DNA of 64,000 nt, taken from NCBI RefSeq assembly GCF_006345805.1, contig NW_021835973.1, positions 28,559 to 92,558 on the forward strand. The letters are read 5' to 3'. The stretch comes from Octopus sinensis. Its lineage: Eukaryota. Both the position numbers and the translations under genes were made by a program. Of this stretch, positions 24,156 to 37,346 are shown piece after piece. Each line of letters begins with the position of its first letter. Within the stretch, counting starts at the first letter, position 1. The notes under the pieces are model-generated. The model searched no databases. It was given only the letters and a program-made list of their open reading frames with translations, and had not been told where the DNA came from.

Positions 24156-24771
24156 GAGTGAGAGAGCAGTGCATGCCATCAAAGTGACACTGGGGTAAAA
24201 TATACAAAGCCCAATATACCCATCATGACTACCCGTCTGATAAGGGTACACCAGGCACATGCATGACAACCATATGTGCGCGACATGGTGATCTCCTAAA
24301 AAGATTAATAGCGCATGACCTTGCAGGTGGGGCCCAGTTATATTATTATTATTATTATTATTATTGTTATTGTTATTGTTATTATTATCATTATTATTAA
24401 GGTGACGAGTTGGCAGAATCGTTAGCACGCCTGACGAAATGCTTCGAGGCATTTCGTCTGCCTTCGCGCGCTCTAAATTCGAATTCCGCTGAGGTCGACT
24501 CTGCTTTTCATCCTTTCGGGGTCACTAAAATAAGTACCAGTTACGCAATGAGGTCAATGTAATCGACCCCCCCCCTCGCTCCTCAGCCCCTAGTTTTCAA
24601 TCCTTGTGCTTTTTATATAAAGAATTATTATTATTATCATTATTATTATTTCGCTTTGATATAGCAATACCAAGAACCTACTGTCAGAACACAATATTCC
24701 TATGCTTCAGAATGAGGCGTCGCTCGAGTACAGAGCAGTAATTAGAAATTAAAATGACAACGGTTTAAAAG

Positions 24772-24945
24772 ATTATGTCATGTTTACTTACAGCGGTTTC
24801 TGCTATTTGATGCAATGCACTCCTAGTTGCGTGCTTGTGAAACACTCTATAGCTTCGTCAGAGCTTGATGCACAAAAATTCAACTATGATTGTACTACAT
24901 CGTACAGTAGAAACAGCTATAAGCTAAATATGTTCATGACATAAT
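24772..24945. repeat. Degenerate inverted repeat (old MITE)
   Basis: ATTATGTCATG...GCGGTTTCTGCT versus the reverse complement of AGTAGAAACAGC...CATGACATAAT. Confidence 0.45.
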
Positions 24946-25812
24946 TTCCTTACCCTTAAGGGTGGATTCTACTGTAGCTTGTAGCCCCAGGAGGACACTT
25001 CATCCAGTTGGCTGTTGACACACTTTCTGTGTCCTATTAGTATTTGGAAAGGGAAGCCATCCTTCCCATCTTCAACCTGTATCACACACACACACACACA
25101 CACACACCACACACACACACACATCGTTTTTCGACCTTGTTTGGAAGATTCTTTATGTGAGTTCGTGTGTTGAAGCATATTCTGTTGTGTCTGGGGAGAG
25201 AGTCATTTCCTTTTTGTGCCTTTTAATTTAAGGAAAATAAAAATAAGGAAGAAATGGGAATTTTACCGGTGTGTGTTAAATTAAAAGGCACATAAAGAAA
25301 ATGACTTTCCCCAGGCACAACAGAATATACATGGTTCCATGTTCAGTGTGACTGAACATGGAACCATGTGGCTGGTAAGCAAGCTACTTATAGAAAATAG
25401 ATGTTTCCTCTTCGAGCCACGCCAGGCACATAAGGACCGGTTTCCCGGTTTCGGTTGCGTGTATATTCCCCATTAGGACAGGACGCCGATCGTTCGGAGA
25501 CTCACTCAGTCTTGCCAGCTGAGTGGACTGGAGCAACGTGAAATAAAGTGTCTTGCTCAAGAACACTACGCATTGCCCAGTCCAGGAATCGAAACTACAA
25601 TCTTACGATCCTGAGTCCAACATGCTAACCACTAAGCCACGCGCCTCCACTGTACGTGTGTGTGTGTGTGTGTTTAAGTATATGTATGAGCATGTGTATA
25701 TATTTGTAGTTATATGTATATATATATATGTACAAATATATTTAACTGTGCGTGTATATATACATATATACGTATGTGTATACACACATATATCTATGTT
25801 ATGTATGTGTAT

Positions 25813-25855
<43 letters not shown>

Positions 25856-26003
25856 TTGATAGATAGATAGATACACACACATACATACAAACACACACAC
25901 ATATACATAGTCTCTTTTAAAATGTATATACTGCATAATATATATTAAACATGTCTACAGTGTATACGATATCATTGAGGCTATACATACATACATACAT
26001 ACA

Positions 26004-26036
<33 letters not shown>

Positions 26037-26334
26037 TCATGCATACACGCATACATACAGAAAGATAGATAGCTAGATATATATAACCAGGGAGACATAT
26101 GGATAGAGAGAGAGAAAGAGAGAGAGAGAGAGATGACTACAATCTCCAGCACCAGTTTTTATAGCCATAAACATATTTTTTGGTGAATTCTCACATGTTA
26201 GCCCCACCCACTTCAAAAATAGGAGAAAAAATTAATTAAAAACCCATCAAATTTTGGTATAAAAATTATAATCATTATACATCAAAGCTATAATTTCGAA
26301 TCAATATTTTCCGCCTCACTGTTAATACTCAGAT

Positions 26335-26397
<63 letters not shown>

Positions 26398-27074
26398 GTG
26401 TATATATGGGTGCAGGACGTCACCAAACAGTAAACAACAGGAGATACGAAAACGAATGAATTCAATGCGCAAACAACGAAAGAAACAAATAGAAAACAGG
26501 ACAAGTAACATAAGGAACGACCCTTCGTCAGTTGTCGGCTGTCTTTCTACTCCTCATTTCGAGCATTGTACGACAATGAGAGCCACTGCCTGATACTGCA
26601 TCAGGGCAATAATAATAATAATAATAATAATAATGATGATGATGATGATGATTATCATCATCATTATTATTATTATTATTGTTATTATTATTATTATTAT
26701 TATTATCATCATCATCATCATCATCATCATCATCGTCATCGTCATTATCATCATCATCATTATTATTATTATTATTATCATCATTGTTATTATTATTATT
26801 ATTATCATTATTATTATTATTATTATATTATTGAGTGAGAGAGCAGTGCATGCCATCAAAGTGACACTGGGATAAATATACGAACCCCAATATACCCATC
26901 ATGACTACCCGTCTGATAAAGGTACACCAGGCACATGCATCACAACCATATGTGCGCGACATGGTGATCTCATATCAAGATAAACAGCACATGACCTTGC
27001 AGGTTATTATTATTAATTATTATTATTATTATATTATAATTATTATTATTATATCATTATCAATCCCATCATCA

Positions 27075-27116
<42 letters not shown>

Positions 27117-27124
27117 TATTATAT

Positions 27125-27800
27125 GAAAACTCACGGCTTATTTTTGCTGGGCAAGATGGAAAGTGTCAGCTGTCCAGAGCCAGCAGACGAAAGTGATACC
27201 TGTTTACTGGTCATGCTTCAAGAACCCTGCGAAGAATTCTTGCAGTTCCAAGCAATACTGATTTCTACTGAGTTCTACCTTGTACCGATTCTTTTCAGCC
27301 ATGTTGGTAGTTGAGTGCTGATACTTCCAAAAGCACCAATTACTATTGGCATCACGTCTACTACTCTCTTCATTGACCACAACCTTCGTATTTCCCACTT
27401 TAAATCGTCATAGTTGTTCATTTCTTCTTCTTCTTTCACATTGATCCTGTTGTCACCAGGGCATTCTATATCGATTATCATACGTGTTCTTTCTTTTTTT
27501 ATTCACCATAACAATGTCCGGTTTCCTATGTCTGGTCAGGTGATCGCACTGGATCATTACATCCCACAGGATTTTGCAGTTCTCATTTCCAGTGACCCCT
27601 TCTGGGGTTTCCCCATACCACGCTTTTGCTCTTTGTAGGCCATGATTTCCACAGAGCTCCCAATGGATCATTCTTAACCACATTGTCATGGCATCGTTTG
27701 ACTCGCGTTGTACCAATTTCGTTTCACCCCTCTCACCACACGTTCTGCATTTGTCGCTATCGGTAGTATTGTCAATTCTGCACTTCATATAATTGGTCCT
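27125..27800 (-). mobile_element. R4/Dong-like LINE 3' fragment (zinc knuckle + restriction-like endonuclease), frameshifted
   Basis: DKCRTCGERGET..., IHWELC, WD..IQCDHLTRHRKPDIVMVNK, IIDIECPGDNRINVKE (PD-D/ExK-like), PIVIGAFG, KSVLLGTARILRRVLEA* (stop 27211-27213), then a (TAA)n tail. Confidence 0.88.
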
Positions 27801-28454
27801 TAACGCCTGTTCCAGGACACGGTGTGAGTTGTGTTATTTTAGATTATCAGATGTTTGTGTCAGGTTTGCGTTGTGTACTCTTTTACTTGTTTCAGTCATT
27901 TGACTGCGGCCATGCTGGAGCACTGCCTTTTTTAGTCGAGCAAATCGACCCCAGGACTTATTCTTTGTAAGCCTAGTACTTATTCTATCGGTCTCTTTTG
28001 CCGAACCGCTAAGTTACGGGGATGTAAACACACCAGCATTGTTAAGCGATGTTGGGGGGTGGGGACAAACACAGACACACACACATATATATATAAACAT
28101 ATATACGACGGGCTTCCTTCAGTTTCCGTCTACCAAATCCACTCATAAGGCTTTGATCGGCCCGAGGCTATAGTAGAAGACACTTTACCCAAGGTGCCAC
28201 GCAGTGGGACTGAACCCGGAACCATGTGGTTGTTAAGCAAACTACTTACCACACAGCCACTCGTGAAGATTGTTCTATTTGAACTTTTCCGTTGAATCGT
28301 AAGTTACTCTATTAAATTGGAAGTGTCTTGTGCAAGATATGGGCTGTTCCTAGCAGAACTATTTTGTGTGTGTGAGTGTGCGTATAGGGTGGGAGGGTAG
28401 TGTGTAGTGTTTTAGTCAGCTGGTTAAAACAACACAATAATTCGATACGATGCA

Positions 28455-28728
28455 GTGATGTCACCTGCTAATTAAAACCACAATAATTAGGTGAGATGCA
28501 ATGAAATTATTTGCTGAATTAAGATCACAAAAATTAGGTAAGATGCCGTGATATAACTTGTTAATTAAGATTACAATAATTAGGTAGAATAGTATGTTAT
28601 ATGCTAATCACGATCACAAAGTACTAAAGAAGATAGAGTGATGTCACTTGCTAATTAAGATCCCAGTAATTAGATAAGACACTGTGATGTCACTTGTTAA
28701 TTAAGATGGTAACATTTAGATAAGATAA
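28455..28728. repeat. About 46-bp minisatellite, six degenerate units
   Basis: Consensus approximately GTGATGTCACTTGCTAATTAAGATCACAATAATTAGGTAAGATGCA. One more degenerate unit at about 29305-29365 follows a SINE insertion. Confidence 0.85.
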
Positions 28729-29290
28729 GGCGGTAAGCTGGCAGAATCGTTACCGCATCGGGAAAACTGCTTAGCGGTATTTCATCTGCCGTTACGTTCT
28801 GAGTTCAAATTCCGCCGAGGTTGACTTTGCCTTTCATCCTTTCGGGGTCGATTAAATAAGTACCAGTTACGCACTGGGGGCGATATAATCGACTTAGTCC
28901 GTTTGTCTGTCCTTGTTTGTCCTCTCTGTGTTTAGCCCCTTGTGGGTAGTAAAGAAATAGGTATTTAATCTGCCGTTACGTTCTGAGTTCAAATTCCACC
29001 GAGGTTGACTTTGCCTTTCATCCTTTCGGAGTCGATTAAATAAGTACCAGTTACGCACTGGGGTCGATATAATCGACTTAATCCGTTTGTCTGTCCTTGT
29101 TTGTCCTCTCTGTGTTTAGCCCCTTATGGGTAGTAAAGAAATAGGTATTTCTTTCGACTTTACGTTCTGAGTTCAAATGGTGCTGGGGTCGATTTTGTCT
29201 TTTATTCTTTCGAGGTCGATAAAAATTGTACCAGTCGAACACTAGTGTTTCTCACCCGGATGTGTTGGCCTTGTGCCAAGATTTGAAACC
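28729..29290 (+). mobile_element. SINE family A multimer (head + two full units + third partial unit)
   Basis: Tandem units of about 185 bp restart at GGTATTT...TTACGTTCTGAGTTCAAAT. Confidence 0.85.
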
Positions 29291-29356
29291 AATATTTACA
29301 TAAGCTACAGAGATGTTCTTTACTGATTAAAACCACAGAAACTAAATAAGATGAAG

Positions 29357-29693
29357 TGACGTCATAGAACTCTTAAACATTTTCAGAAATAGGTGGATTA
29401 CGGAGATCTTTTAAAAGCTGAGTCAGTCCTCATTGGTTGAACAAAGAATAAAACGAGTGAATGAGAGGGATTCTACCATACTATCACCACCAGGTAGTTT
29501 GTAAACTGCTCTTTAAAATTATTACCCAACAAGACGCTGGAGCATAAAAAAAAAACGAAGGAAATCCTGTGAGGTATCAGGCTTCAAAATGTCCCCCACA
29601 CCCAAGGGACATTTGACCGACTTCCGGTTAATAAAATTGCACTGAGTGATTTGAAAGGAACGATACGAAGAAGAGTCGCATGGCGCATGCGCA
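29357..29693. promoter_or_regulatory. Candidate orphan promoter (CRE + ETS + NRF1-type motifs)
   Basis: TGACGTCA at 29357-29364, ACTTCCGG at 29620-29627 and GCGCATGCGCA at 29683-29693. The last two lie in non-repetitive sequence. Confidence 0.3.
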
Positions 29694-30059
29694 AAGATGA
29701 CACGCAGATTGATGAAGGTTTCCATATTCTTCCAAAGGTGGTGAGTTGGTAGAAGCATTATCGTCCAGGATAAATACTTGGCGGTATTTTTTCTGACTCT
29801 TTTACATTCTGAGTTCAAATCCTGCGGGAGTCAACTTTACCCTCCATCCATCCCTTTATCCTTACACTCATGTAAGGGCGATGATTTGGAACATGTAGAG
29901 ATTGGAACCAGTTCAACTTCCGTATGGAAAGATAAGAGCGGCGATCTGTGCAGAATCATTAGCACACCGGGCAAAATATTTCTGCGACATTTCGTCCGTC
30001 TTTACGTTCTGAGTTCAAATTCCGCCGAGGTGGACATTGCCTCTCACCTTTTCAGGTGA

Positions 30060-30096
<37 letters not shown>

Positions 30097-30439
30097 TTAT
30101 GTTTTGGTTTTTGCTTTGTATTTGTACAAGTTGATTCCAAGTCTCACCCAGAGACCTCAAGAGACAACAAGTTACAAGTTCATGTTGGTGTTATGCCTAG
30201 GCTGCCATATTTTTGGTTTTGCACATACTTTCTTTTTTAAACCTTTGTATGCTATGCATATGTCCCTTCTTTTTTTAGTGTATGCCGTGTATACTTTCTT
30301 TCTTTTTTGTTTGTTTGTTTCTTTCTTTCTTTCTTTTATCATTTCATTATGTGTTACCCCCAACTTTATGTCTGTCTTTCTATTGTCCCTCCCTCATCCT
30401 TCACCCTTGTGACAAATAAATGAAATCATCATCATCATC

Positions 30440-30494
<55 letters not shown>

Positions 30495-30554
30495 GTTGTT
30501 GTTTAAGGCAGAATTTGAGCTCAGACATCAAGACAGACAAAATGCCGCCCGTAA

Positions 30555-30954
30555 TAATCCTTTCTACTGGAAGCACAAGGCCTCAAATTTGTGGGGAGGG
30601 GACTAGTCGATTACATCATCCCCAGTGTTTCACTGGTACTTGATTTATCGACCACGAAAGGATGAGAGGCAAAGTCGACCTCGGCGGAATTTGAACTCAG
30701 AACGTAACGGCGACGGGCGAAATACCTATTTCTTTACTACCCACAAGGGGCTAAACACAGAGAGGACAAACAAGGACAGACACACGGATTAAGTCGATTA
30801 TATCGCCCCCAGTGCGTAACTGGTACTTATTTAACCGACCCCGAAAGGATGAAAGGCAAAGTCGACCTCGGCGGAATTTGAACTCAGAACGTAACGGCAG
30901 ACGAAATACCGCTAAGCATTTCGCCCGGCGTGCTAACGTTTCTGCCAGCTCGCC
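30555..30954 (-). mobile_element. SINE family A, dimeric form
   Basis: Same head + two-unit structure as 21952-22342. Confidence 0.85.
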
Positions 30955-32370
30955 ATTATGAGAGTTTTCTTCATGGAAACAACTTCAGTCAAGTTTGTCC
31001 TCACAGAACGTCCACGTTTAATTGGGAATAAATATGAGAAGGGATACCTAGACATGTCTTAATAGGACAAATGCCATCCGTGTGGTGTATTTGAAGTTCT
31101 GTATAAGTAACAGGGTATACTACTTTAGCTTGGGCAAAATTTGTTCGGAGACAAAATAATGTAAAGTTGCTCTATGGAATCATAGCAACAAAATAATTCA
31201 ACTGTTTCGAGAAGAAAAAAATCTATCTGGTAACTCTTTTACTCTTTTACTTGTTTCAGTCATTTGACTGCAGCCATGCTGGAGCACCGCCTTTAATCGA
31301 GCAACTCGACCCCGGGATTTATTCTTTGTAAGCCCAGTACTTATTCTATCGGTCTCTTTTGCCGAACCGCTAAGTGACGGGGACGTAAACAAACCAGCAT
31401 CGGTTGTCAAGCAATGCTAGGGGGACAAACACAGACACACAAACACACACACACACACATACATATATACGACAGGCTTCTTTCAGTTTCCGTCTACCAA
31501 ATCCACTCACAAGGCTTTGGTCGGCCCGAGGCTATAGTAGAAGACACTTGCCCAAGGGACTGAACCCAGAACCATGTGGTTCGTAAGCAAGCTACTTACC
31601 ACACAGCCACTCCTGCGAATTCTGAAAATAACTGGAAAAATATGCGACTCTACTGTAGAGACAAACTAGCAGAAAACACGAAATAAGCATGGAAATTTTG
31701 CTTGGCAAAAATGGTAATATTGAATTAATTACCGCCACGTAATATTTATTACCAAATGACCTTAATATTGAACAGATGTGAACTGGAGAGGAAAGAAATA
31801 ACAACGACATGGCTGAGGAATTACTGGGTTCAGGTTTTGACACAAGGCCAGCAACCCCGGGAAGGGAGTAAGTCGATTACATCGGCCCCAGTATTCAACT
31901 GGTACTTTTTTTATCGACCACGAAAGGATGAAAAATAAAGTCGACCACGGCGGAATTTGAACTCAGAACACAAAGGTAGATGAAATGTTGTTAAGCATTT
32001 TGACCGGTGTCGTAACGATTCTGCCAGTTTGCCACTTTGGCTGATGAATGATTAAGATCCCTGGTCACTCAATCCATTGACTGGAATATTTTTGATCCTA
32101 TTCTCTATGATCAGAGCTGATCTAGGGTTAAACAATAATAATAATGGTCACCCTACTATCAATGGTCAAACAACGACTGTAGTGGTCACTCTAAGATCAG
32201 CGGTCAAACCAGAGCTGTGGTGGTCACTCTGTCATCAGTGATAAATTCTAATTAGTTCTATGCATCTTTGTAGTCTCTCATTAGCTTGTTGTCGTTGTTG
32301 TATAACCCCAGGTCGTCTTTGATCGGACAAAACCGTGATCATTCCGTCTTTTTCAAGTATAGTCTATCTA

Positions 32371-32750
32371 TTAGGTTGTCCGGAAAGTTCGTGCCGATTT
32401 ATAGTAGCTTACCTTTCGACTTATTTTAGAACATAGTTGAGTCCATAAAATAGGATTTGACTACACCTCCATTTAGCGCACAGTTTAAGCTATCTTTTCG
32501 TGGAAGAAGGTTTATGTTCCTATAATAAAACCTGGTTAATTCGTAACCCTTTAAAATGGAAGATAAGAAAGTTATTTCGGCACTTGATGCTTTGGGAACC
32601 AGACAAAATTGCTGCTGCAGCTCGGCTGGGATGTGTTACCCCACCCTCCATATTTACCAGATATTGCTCCTTCGGATTTCCACGTATTCAGGTCTCTGAA
32701 GAATAGTCATAATGGCAAAAATTTAAATTCCTTGGGTGACGTAAAAAGAG
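32371..32750 (+). mobile_element. Internally deleted mariner element
   Basis: TA|TTAGGTTGTCCGGAAAGTTCGTGCCGATTT TIR. The transposase start (MEDKKV..FRHLMLWE) is joined directly to LGWDVLPHPPYLPDIAPSDFHVFRSLKN, a YSPDLAPSD-like motif. Confidence 0.85.
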
Positions 32751-32923
32751 ATATATATATATAAAACAGAGCTAATAGTGAAGGATTATCAATCTGGGCA
32801 AAATACTTCATAAGCTCTCTGTTGGTGCACCAGGCTAACAGTATTATTTAGATTAGTGAAGAACTCCAGGTAATCTTTGCGGTAGAGTCAAAGGTTATGA
32901 TCCATTGCAATTCTAACTTGTTT

Positions 32924-32966
<43 letters not shown>

Positions 32967-33190
32967 TATATATTATATATATATATATATATTATATATA
33001 TATATATATATATTGTATATATATGTAAATGAAAGAATGGAGTCGAACGACGATTTTAACAAAATTCCTTTACTCTCGACACATGTTTCAAAGGCTGCAT
33101 ATTCCTAATTCCGAAGGAATAAAGGGTGCATTATGCCGCCATCTCATCAGGAAAGACCGAATTATCCTACTAGGATAATTCATTCACCTT

Positions 33191-33264
<74 letters not shown>

Positions 33265-33373
33265 GTCGTATATATATATATATACGACGGGATTCTAGCG
33301 CTTTCAGTCTACTAAATCCACTCACAAGGTTTTGGTCGACCTGAGACTGTATGTATGTATGTATGTATGTATG

Positions 33374-34350
33374 TAAAGCAAGTGTTGCTTTCGGAAGTCT
33401 AGAAAGGCGCATCTGGAGTCGGCGAGACATATGCAGAAAGACAAAGATAAAGGTGTACAAGGCATGTGTGCTCCCTTCTCTTCTCTATGCCTGCGAGACG
33501 TGGGTCACATATCGATACCACCTTAAACAGCTGGAACGTTTCCATCAGATGTGCCTCAGACGGATCTATGGCATTAAGTGGAAGGACCACATCAGTGATC
33601 TTGAAATACTCGAAGGCTCTCGTTGTGAAAGTATAGAAGCTCTTGTGTTAAAGCAAAGGCTCAGATGGAGTGGTCATCTGGTCAGAATGAAGGATTCAAG
33701 GATGCCAAAACAACTCTTTTATGGAGAGTTAGCTAAAGGAGAACGACCTCTACATAAACCAAAAAAGAGGTATAAGGACTTGCTGAAGGCTTCCTTAAGA
33801 GATGCTTGCATCTCTCCTGACACATGGGAAGACATAGCTATTGATCGTAGCAGGTGGAGAAGAATTGTGTATGAGGGAACAGCCACATTTGAGAAATCTC
33901 GACTTGCATATGAGAAAGTAAGGAGGGATGTCAGGAAGGGCATCACTGTTACACTTCCAGAAGGGAAGGGTCTTCCTTTGATTCTGACATGCAATGTCTG
34001 TGCAAGACCCTGCCTCAGAAAAGCTGGACTCAAGAGTCATCTTCGTAGTCATAAGGCGAGACAGATCAGTGATAATCTGGCCACTGGTTGTGGTGTAACA
34101 CCCATACTAATCATATCTGTCGGGCATGTGGAAGAGAGTGTAATTCGACAGGAGGACTTAAACGACATGCAAAGGTACATGAAGCCCAGTTACAACTACA
34201 GCCGGCTATTACCAGTAAAGGTTTTAGTTGCCAAGTTTGTACAAGACATTGTAGATCTTTAGCTGGGCTAAAAAGTCACATTCGATCACAGCACCAGCAA
34301 CAGTTAAGCTTCGTGCAATGGCCATACTCGATAACGAGGGGGCAGCCATC
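33374..34350 (+). mobile_element. RTE/BovB-like LINE, 5'-truncated, copy 1, with C-terminal C2H2 fingers and (ATGT)n tail
   Basis: KASVAFGSLERRIWSRRDICRKTKIKVYKACVLPSLLYACETW...LRWSGHLVRMKDSRMPKQLFYGEL..G.RP..KPKKRYKD...DRSRWR, a typical RTE post-RT region. Confidence 0.93.
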
Positions 34351-34461
34351 ATGTACGTATGCATGTATGTATGTATGTATGTATGTATGTATGTATGTAT
34401 GTATGTATGTATGTATGTATGTACGTATGTACGTATGTATGTATGTATGTGTGTATGTATG

Positions 34462-34492
<31 letters not shown>

Positions 34493-34783
34493 TGTATGTA
34501 TGTATGTATGTATGTATGCATGTATGTATGTATGTGTGAATGCATACATGTATTATGTATGTATGCATGTATGTATGCATTTATGTATGTACGTATGCAT
34601 GCATGTATGTAATGTATGTATGTATGTATTATGTATGTATGTATGTACTTATGCGTATGTATGTATGATGTATGTATGTATGTATGTATGTAGTTTATGT
34701 CCGTATGCATTATGGTATGTATGTATTATGTATGTACGTATGCATGTATGTATGTCTGTATGTATGTATGTATGTATGTATGT

Positions 34784-35755
34784 AAGCAAGTTTGCTTTCG
34801 GAAGTCTAGAAACGCGCATCTGGAGTCGGCGAGACATATGCAGAAAGACAAAGATAAAGGTGTACAAGGCATGTGTGCTCCCTTCTCTTCTCTATGCCTG
34901 CGAGACGTGGGTCACATATCGATACCACCTTAAACAGCTGGACGTTTCCATCATATGTGCCTCAGACGGATCTATGGCATTAAGTGGAAGGACACCTCAG
35001 TGATCTTGAAATACTCGAAGGCTCTCGTTGTGAAAGTATAGAAGCTCTTGTGTTAAAGCAAAGGCTCAGATGGAGTGGTCATCTGGTCAGAATGAAGGAT
35101 TCAAGGATGCCAAAACAACTCTTTTATGGAGAGTTAGCTAAAGGAGAACGACCTCTAATAATAAACCAAAAAAGAGTATAAGGACTTGCTGAAGGCTTCC
35201 TTAAGAGATGCTTGCATCTCTCCTGACACATGTGAAGACATAGGCTATTGATCGTAGCAGGTGGAGAAGAATTGGTATGAGGGAACAGCCACATTTGAGA
35301 AATCTCGACTTGCATATGAGAAAGTAAGGAGGGATGTCAGGAAGGGCATCACTGTTACACTTCCAGAAGGGAAGGGTCTTCCTTTGATTCTGACATGCAA
35401 TGTCTTGTGCAGACCTGCCCTCAGAAAAGCTGGACTCAAGAGTCATCTTCGTAGTCATAAGGCGAGACAGATTAGTGATAATCTGGCCACTGGTGGTGGT
35501 TAACACACCATACTAATCATATCTTCGGGCATGTGGAGAGAGTGTAATTCGACGAGGAGGACTTAACGACATGCAAAGGTACTGAAGCCCAGTTACAACT
35601 ACACAGCCGCTATTACCAGTAAAGGTTTTAGTTGCCAAGTTTGTACAGAGACATTGTAGATCTTTAGCTGGGCTAAAAAGTCACATTCGATCACAGCACC
35701 AGCAACAGTTAAGCTTCGTGCAAGGGCCATACTCGATAACGAGGGGGCAGCCATC
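34784..35755 (+). mobile_element. RTE/BovB-like LINE copy 2 (tandem duplicate, indel-rich)
   Basis: Same 5' breakpoint and 3' end as copy 1. Differences are mostly single-base indels. Confidence 0.9.
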
Positions 35756-36259
35756 ATGTACGTATGGCATGTATGTATGTATGTATGATTATGTATGTTG
35801 TATGTAGTATGTATGTATGTATGTATTTTACGTATGTACGTATGTATGTATGTATGTGTGTATGTATGTATGTAATGTATGTAGGTATGTATGTATGTAA
35901 TGTATGTATGTATGTATGTATGTATGCATGTATGTATGTATGTGTGAATGCATACATGTATGTATGTATGTATGCATGTATGTATGCATGTATGTATGGA
36001 CGTATGCATGCCTGTATGTAATGTATGTATGTATGTATGTATGTATGTAGGTATGTACGTATGCATGTATGTATGTATGTATGTATGTATGATGTATGTA
36101 TTATGTAGTTATGTACGTATGCATGTATGTATGTATGTATGTATGTATGTACGTATGCATGTATGTATGTATGTATGTATGTATGTACGTATGCATGTAT
36201 GTATGTATGTATGTATGTATGTATGTATGTATGTATGTATGTATGTATGTATGTATGTA

Positions 36260-36514
36260 CTGGTGGTGGTGTTACACACCATACTAATCGTATCTGTCAG
36301 GCATGTGGAAGAGAGTGTAATTCGGCAGGAGGACTTAAACGACATGCAAAGGTACATGAAGCCCAGTTACAACTACAGCCGGCTATTACCAGTAAAGGTT
36401 TTAGCTGCCAATTTTGTACAAGAGATTGTAAGATCTTTAGCTGGGCTAAATCACAGCACCAATAAGAGTTAAGCTTCGTGCAATGGCCATACTCGATAAC
36501 GAGGGGGCAGCCAT
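36260..36514 (+). mobile_element. RTE/BovB-like LINE copy 3 (3' tip only, AAAT tail)
   Basis: GGVTHHTNRICQACGRECNSAGGLKRHAKVH..., ending GGGGGCAGCCAT then (AAAT)n. Confidence 0.88.
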
Positions 36515-36994
36515 AAATAAATAAATAAAATAAATGTATGTATGTTTGTGTATTGTGTCCATGTATGTGTGTGCGTATATGTATCTTTGAGTTTGTTTTT
36601 CTCTCCCATCACCGCTTGGCAACCGGTGCACGTTTGTTTACGTACCCGTAACTTAGATGCTCGGCACAAGAGAGCGATACCAAATAAGTACCAGACTTGA
36701 AAAAATAAGAAGTACTCGGGGCTGATATGATCGACAAAACCCTTCAGGGCGGTGCCCCAATGCGGCTTCAGCCCACTGACTGAAGCTAGTAACAGAACGT
36801 AAAAAAAAAAACAGTATTTTCTCATTTTCAGAAATTTGCAAAAATCGTTTCCACGAGCCTTCTTTGGACTTATGGCAACCCCCCCACCCCCCAAAAAACC
36901 GGTCTCTATATGTCTTACTTGTGAAGGAGCGTGACTTAGCGGATACAGTATTTGGCTCGTAACCGACGGAGTGTTAGATATGAAGCTACAGAAA

Positions 36995-37346
36995 GGCAGC
37001 GAGCTGGCAGAAACGTTAGCACGCCGGACGAAATGCTTACCGATATTTCGTCTACCACTACGTTCTGAGTTCAAATTCCACCAAGGTCGACTTTGCCTTT
37101 CATCCTTTCGGGGTCGATTAAATAAGTACCAGTTACGCACTGGGGTCGATATAATCGACTTAATCCGTTTGTCTGTCCTTGTTTGTCCTTTCTGTGTTTA
37201 GCCCCTTGTGGGTAATAAAGAAATAGGTATTTCGTTTGTCTTTATGTTCTGAGTTCAAATTCCGCCGAGGTCGACTTTGCCTTTCATCCTTTCGGGGTCG
37301 ATAAATTAAGTACCAGTTACGCACTGGGGTTGATGTAATCGACTAG
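36995..37346 (+). mobile_element. SINE family A, dimeric form
   Basis: Head + unit + second unit. Confidence 0.85.

Noticed and set aside
28455-28728. Repeat arrays superficially resembling CRISPR (also 50130-50410 and 62808-63585)
   Set aside because: Eukaryotic context, degenerate units, no unique equal-length spacers and no cas genes.
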